From Octopus bimaculoides (Eukaryota), in the NCBI RefSeq assembly GCF_001194135.2, contig NC_069006.1, positions 22,059,185 through 22,096,510 of the forward strand: a stretch of DNA of 37,326 nucleotides. Direction: 5' to 3'. This document shows, piece by piece, positions 33,575 to 37,326 of the stretch; the stretch's first letter is position 1, and each line of letters opens with the position of its first letter. The notes beneath the pieces are model-generated. The model did not search any database, was not told the origin of the DNA, and saw only the letters and a list, made by a program, of their open reading frames with translations. A program made the translations under genes and the position numbers.

Positions 33575-34035
33575 ATTTTGGTTTCAGTCCCACCACATGG
33601 CACCAAGACCAGGTGTCTTCCTAGGATGACCGTCTTGTGAATGGATTTAGTAGGAAAAAAAAAAAACGGTGTGAAAGCCCATCATGTATGTATATCATCA
33701 TTTAACATCTGTTTTCCATGCTGGCATAGGTTTGATGGTTTTACCAGTGCAGGTAAGCCAGAGAGCTTCACCAAGCTCCAGTCAGCCGTTTAGGCTTGAT
33801 TTCTATGGCTGGATGCTCTTCCTAACACCAGGCTCTTCCTCATGCCATATATATGTATTATACACACATGTATATGTCTGTGTCTTTGTATCTGTGTTAG
33901 CTCACCCCCTTGACAACCAATGTTGGTTTGTTTATGTCCCTGTAACTTAGCAGATTGGCAAAAGAGATCAATAGAATAAGTACCAGACCTGAAAAAGAAA
34001 AATAAGTACTAGGATAGATTTGTTTGATGGAAAAC
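33575..34035 (+). mobile_element. SINE family A interrupted by an antisense RTE tail
   Basis: Head/core 33575-33685 (TTTCAGTCCCACC...GTGAATGGATTTAG) and 3' half 33845-34035 (CTTGACAACCAATGTTGG...AGAATAAGTACCAG). Confidence 0.78.
33695..33832 (-). mobile_element. RTE LINE 3' tail (family D) nested in SINE A
   Basis: CATCATTTAACATCTGTTTTCCATGCTGGCATAGG...TTTCTATGGCTGGATGCTCTTCCTAACACCA. Confidence 0.82.
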
Positions 34036-34439
34036 TTTCCTTATAACTTTTTGCCACACTCAGAAATTGATCTTCAAATTCAAAAGAAAGCAAGAAAAAA
34101 GTCAGAAATATAAGGAAAAGTCATCTTCAGAATATGATTAAAATGACTGCCAATTTTGATGGGATGAGTACAGTAGGGTTGACTAATAAATATAGAATTA
34201 GTCTTTGAAAGAGGGGACAAGAAATTAATGTGTCATGGCTGTCATTTCATTTAATTCAAGATCTCTTGAAGTGAGTGAAAATATTTTCAAGTAGCTGAAA
34301 GCAAAATTAGCATAAAGAAATGCATTGATTTATATATTTCTGACACAAAACAAAGACATGTCTAAATGAATTGTGTTTGACTAATATATACAAACAGAAA
34401 GAGACAGAATGTATACTGAGCAGATTTAATGAAGCCAAC

Positions 34440-34463
34440 TCTTGCATATTATTATATCATATT

Positions 34464-34503
<40 letters not shown>

Positions 34504-34813
34504 TTGCAAAAAGGATATATATATATATATACATACATTATATATGTGTGTGTGTGTGGATATATATACTTATACATATAAATACACACACACATATATA
34601 TATATATATACATGTATGAAAAAATATGATACTATATATACATACATATATATATGTATAGATATATAGAAATACACATACATAATGTAAACATATGTAT
34701 AAAAAATATAATACATATATATGTACAGATATATAGATACACATAATATATATATACATAAATATACATACACACACACACACATACACACATATATATA
34801 TATATATACATGC

Positions 34814-34863
<50 letters not shown>

Positions 34864-34865
34864 GT
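34440..34865. repeat. Compound (TA)n/(CA)n block ending in (TAGA)n
   Basis: Directly visible. Confidence 0.95.
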
Positions 34866-35227
34866 ACAAAATTTTCATGACTAAATTACAAAGAAAAATT
34901 CATGTCCCATTAAAATTTTCTTGTTTAACAAATATAATAGAAAAAGAAATTTAGAATTACCAACAGAGAAAATTGACAATATATTAATGAATACAGTCAC
35001 AAAATCTACCCATCACTATTTGAAACTTGGCAATCACTAATAAAAACTTGGACATGATATATAAAGAAAAACACAGAGAAAACTGTTTGGTAACATTGAC
35101 CTGGTGGTTGAATAAATTGAAATATGAGACAACAAAGGAGTATCTATGTAGTCAATCAGAATGCTGGAAACAGCAGTAAAATCTTCTCATATCACACTTT
35201 AATGGTTTTAAAAATAATTACTTCAAA

Positions 35228-35430
35228 TTTTTCACAAGGCTGGAAAACTTAGGGGTAGTGGATAAGCCAATTAAATTGACTCTGGTGCTCAACAGATGCT
35301 TCTTTTTAGTGACCCCAAAATGATGAAAGGCATAGTTAACCTTGGTAGTATTTGAACCCAGAATGTAAAGAACCAGAAGAAATGCTACCAAGTATTTTGT
35401 CGAAGTGCTAACAATTCTGCCAACTCACTG
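35228..35430 (-). mobile_element. SINE family B, near full length
   Basis: GACCCCAAAATGATGAAAGGCATAGTTAACCTTGG...TTTGAACCCAGAATG...GTGCTAACAATTCTGCCAACTC. Confidence 0.8.
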
Positions 35431-35544
35431 CATTATACTGTCTTGAAAAAGGATAATAAAAGACTGGATGATGTGATATGCAAAATATAAAGGGGTGGTC
35501 ACAGACAGTGAATTAACTGTTATTAGGGCATAAGATTTGTTAAA

Positions 35545-35745
35545 GGTGCTTGGCTTAGTGGTTATGGCATTTGGCTCGCATTCATAAGGCTGTGAGTTTG
35601 ATTCATGGAGGTGTGTTGTGTCATTGATCAAGAAACTTTATTTTACATTGCACCAGTCCACCTTGTCACATTCTGTCTCATGCTAAATCTCCCTGAGAAC
35701 TATGTTAAGGGTACACATGTCTGTGGAATCCTCAGAATTCATTAT
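35545..35745 (+). mobile_element. SINE family C (body type 3)
   Basis: Consensus Pol III A box TGGCTTAGTGG (35551-35561), GTGTCATTGATCAAGAAACTTTATTTTAC junction, distinct body. Confidence 0.72.
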
Positions 35746-35869
35746 TATTCTATAGAGAGAGAAAAGGATGAGGGAGAGAGCAAGAGAGATAAGCTTTGAG
35801 ATGTGTGATAAATATTTAAAGATATATCTTTCTCATTTTGAAATATGTAGGAAGGAAATATGTTGGGCT

Positions 35870-36520
35870 GGGCAGTTTGATGTTTTCTTGAGCAAGACAC
35901 TTCATTTCAAATTGTATCAGAGATCATGTGTGTAAGTGTATGCATATTTGTGTCTCCTTGTCTTGACACAGTGTGATTGTTAACAATTGTCTGCACAGGC
36001 ATGGCTGTGTGGTAAGTAGTTTGCTTCCCAACCACATGGTTCCAGGTTCAGTCCCACTGCATAGCACCTTGGGTTGGCCAAAGCTTTGTGAATGGATTTA
36101 GTAGACAAAAACTGAAATAAGCCTGCCGTGTGTGTGTGTGCGTCTCATCACCACTTGACAACCTGTGTTGCTGTGTTTATGTTCCCATAACTTAGCCGTT
36201 TGGCAAAAAGAGACTGACAGAATAAGTACCAGGTTTAAAAATGAGTACCGCAGTTGATTTGCTTGACTAAAATTCTTCAAAGCTGTGCTATAGCATGGTC
36301 ACAGTCTAATGAATGAAACAAGTAAAAGAATAAAAGAAAAAATAAACATGTCTAGCTATGGGGGATATATTACCTTGCTTGGAAACAAGATGAAGAAGGG
36401 CATTTGGCTACAGGAAAAAAAAATCTGCTTCAAGAAACTTCGTTCAACCCATGCTAGAATGAAAAAGTTATCATTAAAATGATGATGATGGTGATGTTGA
36501 CAATGGTAATGATGATGATA
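35870..36520 (+). mobile_element. C-type head fragment + family E body, split by a SINE A insertion
   Basis: TTCTTGAGCAAGACACTTCATTTCA (about 35885-35910), TCTCCTTGTCTTGACAC (about 35953-35970), then E resumes at 36343 (ACATGTCTAGCTATGGGG...TACCTTGCTTGGAAAC...AACCCATGCTAG...GATGATG). Confidence 0.65.
35995..36335 (+). mobile_element. SINE family A, full length with small core deletion
   Basis: CATGGCTGTGTGGTAAG, GGTTCAGTCCCACTGC, ...GAATAAGTACCAGG...TGAAACAAGTAAAAGAATAAAAG. Confidence 0.88.
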
Positions 36521-36789
36521 GCTTAAACAACAAAGAAAGAGATTTTTCCTTAAGACAGAAATGAATATTAATCTGCACAACTTCACAACTAAAATGCCTG
36601 ATGTGTAATCAGATACATAATCAACCGGCTTCCATCTTCTTCAGACGCAAACACTAAATATTTGCTACTTTATTAAATAACTCAAATAATTAATGATTGT
36701 TTCAATATATTAGTAAAATAACTAATTTGAAAAGAAAACAATCTGGAAAAATAAAATGTGACAAAATAAACATTTAACTTAATATAAAA

Positions 36790-36857
36790 TATATTATTAT
36801 TATTATTACTATTTCATTATTATTATCATATCATCATTATTACTATTATGATTATTA

Positions 36858-36895
<38 letters not shown>
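36790..36895. repeat. (ATT)n trinucleotide microsatellite
   Basis: Directly visible. Confidence 0.92.
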
Positions 36896-36897
<2 letters not shown>

Positions 36898-37326
36898 ACA
36901 ATCACCAATTGAAACTGCAAATGGTTATAAATGTATTTACAAGTTTTCTGATATTCATTTTTGAGAGAAAAATTAATTGTCTTTTAAAGGTTTCCAAATT
37001 CACACTGGTTTTCTGTAAATGAACTTAATTATTTCAAAATTGTTCTGTTGATTTGTAAGATTATTCGCATCTCTTTTTACATGTGTTATTCATCATATTT
37101 TTAGAAGACAAACTAACCAACTAATGTTTATAATATAATTTTGAAATGAAGTCATTTTTTTTTTTGTTCTTCATGGTGTATGTGTGTGTGTTTGCGTGTG
37201 TATTTATATAAATATCAGCATATGAAACACTATATAACTATTATATATAACTATTAAATAAAACAACATTATGGATAATAAATGAAATATATATTAAATA
37301 AAAATAATATATTTTGTATTTTCATT

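Noticed and set aside
1733-36335. tRNA genes suggested by A/B-box-like motifs
   Set aside because: All occur as heads of SINE copies and continue into SINE bodies; none shows a complete cloverleaf.

Overview
AT-rich, microsatellite-dense eukaryotic genomic DNA with eight assembly gaps (N runs). The repeat landscape (tRNA-headed SINEs, RTE-LINE 3' tails ending in (GAT)n, long (TA)n/(TG)n/(TAGA)n runs) strongly suggests an octopod cephalopod (Octopus-like) genome; this is an inference from recognised repeat sequences, not a database result. No complete protein-coding gene, RNA gene, CRISPR array or prokaryotic-type system is supported. Almost all listed six-frame ORFs are microsatellite or N-run artefacts. 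The window reads as intronic or intergenic DNA. It contains about 15 copies or fragments of one SINE family (called A here), three further SINE-like families or modules (B, C, E), an unidentified short repeat (F), 5'-truncated RTE LINE ends and a degraded RTE reverse-transcriptase fragment, a mariner 5' fragment with a dead transposase start, and a solo Tc1-like TIR. Most interesting observations: a perfect 24-bp inverted repeat pair with TA flanks enclosing 1.2 kb of old repeats (5794-7026); a degenerate hammerhead-ribozyme-like motif (4523-4569, minus); a 17-unit 24-bp minisatellite grown from the tail of repeat F (32162-32551); mix-and-match SINE head/body modules; a candidate 15-nt microexon in a 175-bp tandem duplication; and a strongly bounded 130-nt apparently non-coding exon (28623-28752). 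Repeat boundaries were estimated by eye and are approximate (about +/-15 bp); family labels A-F are my own.
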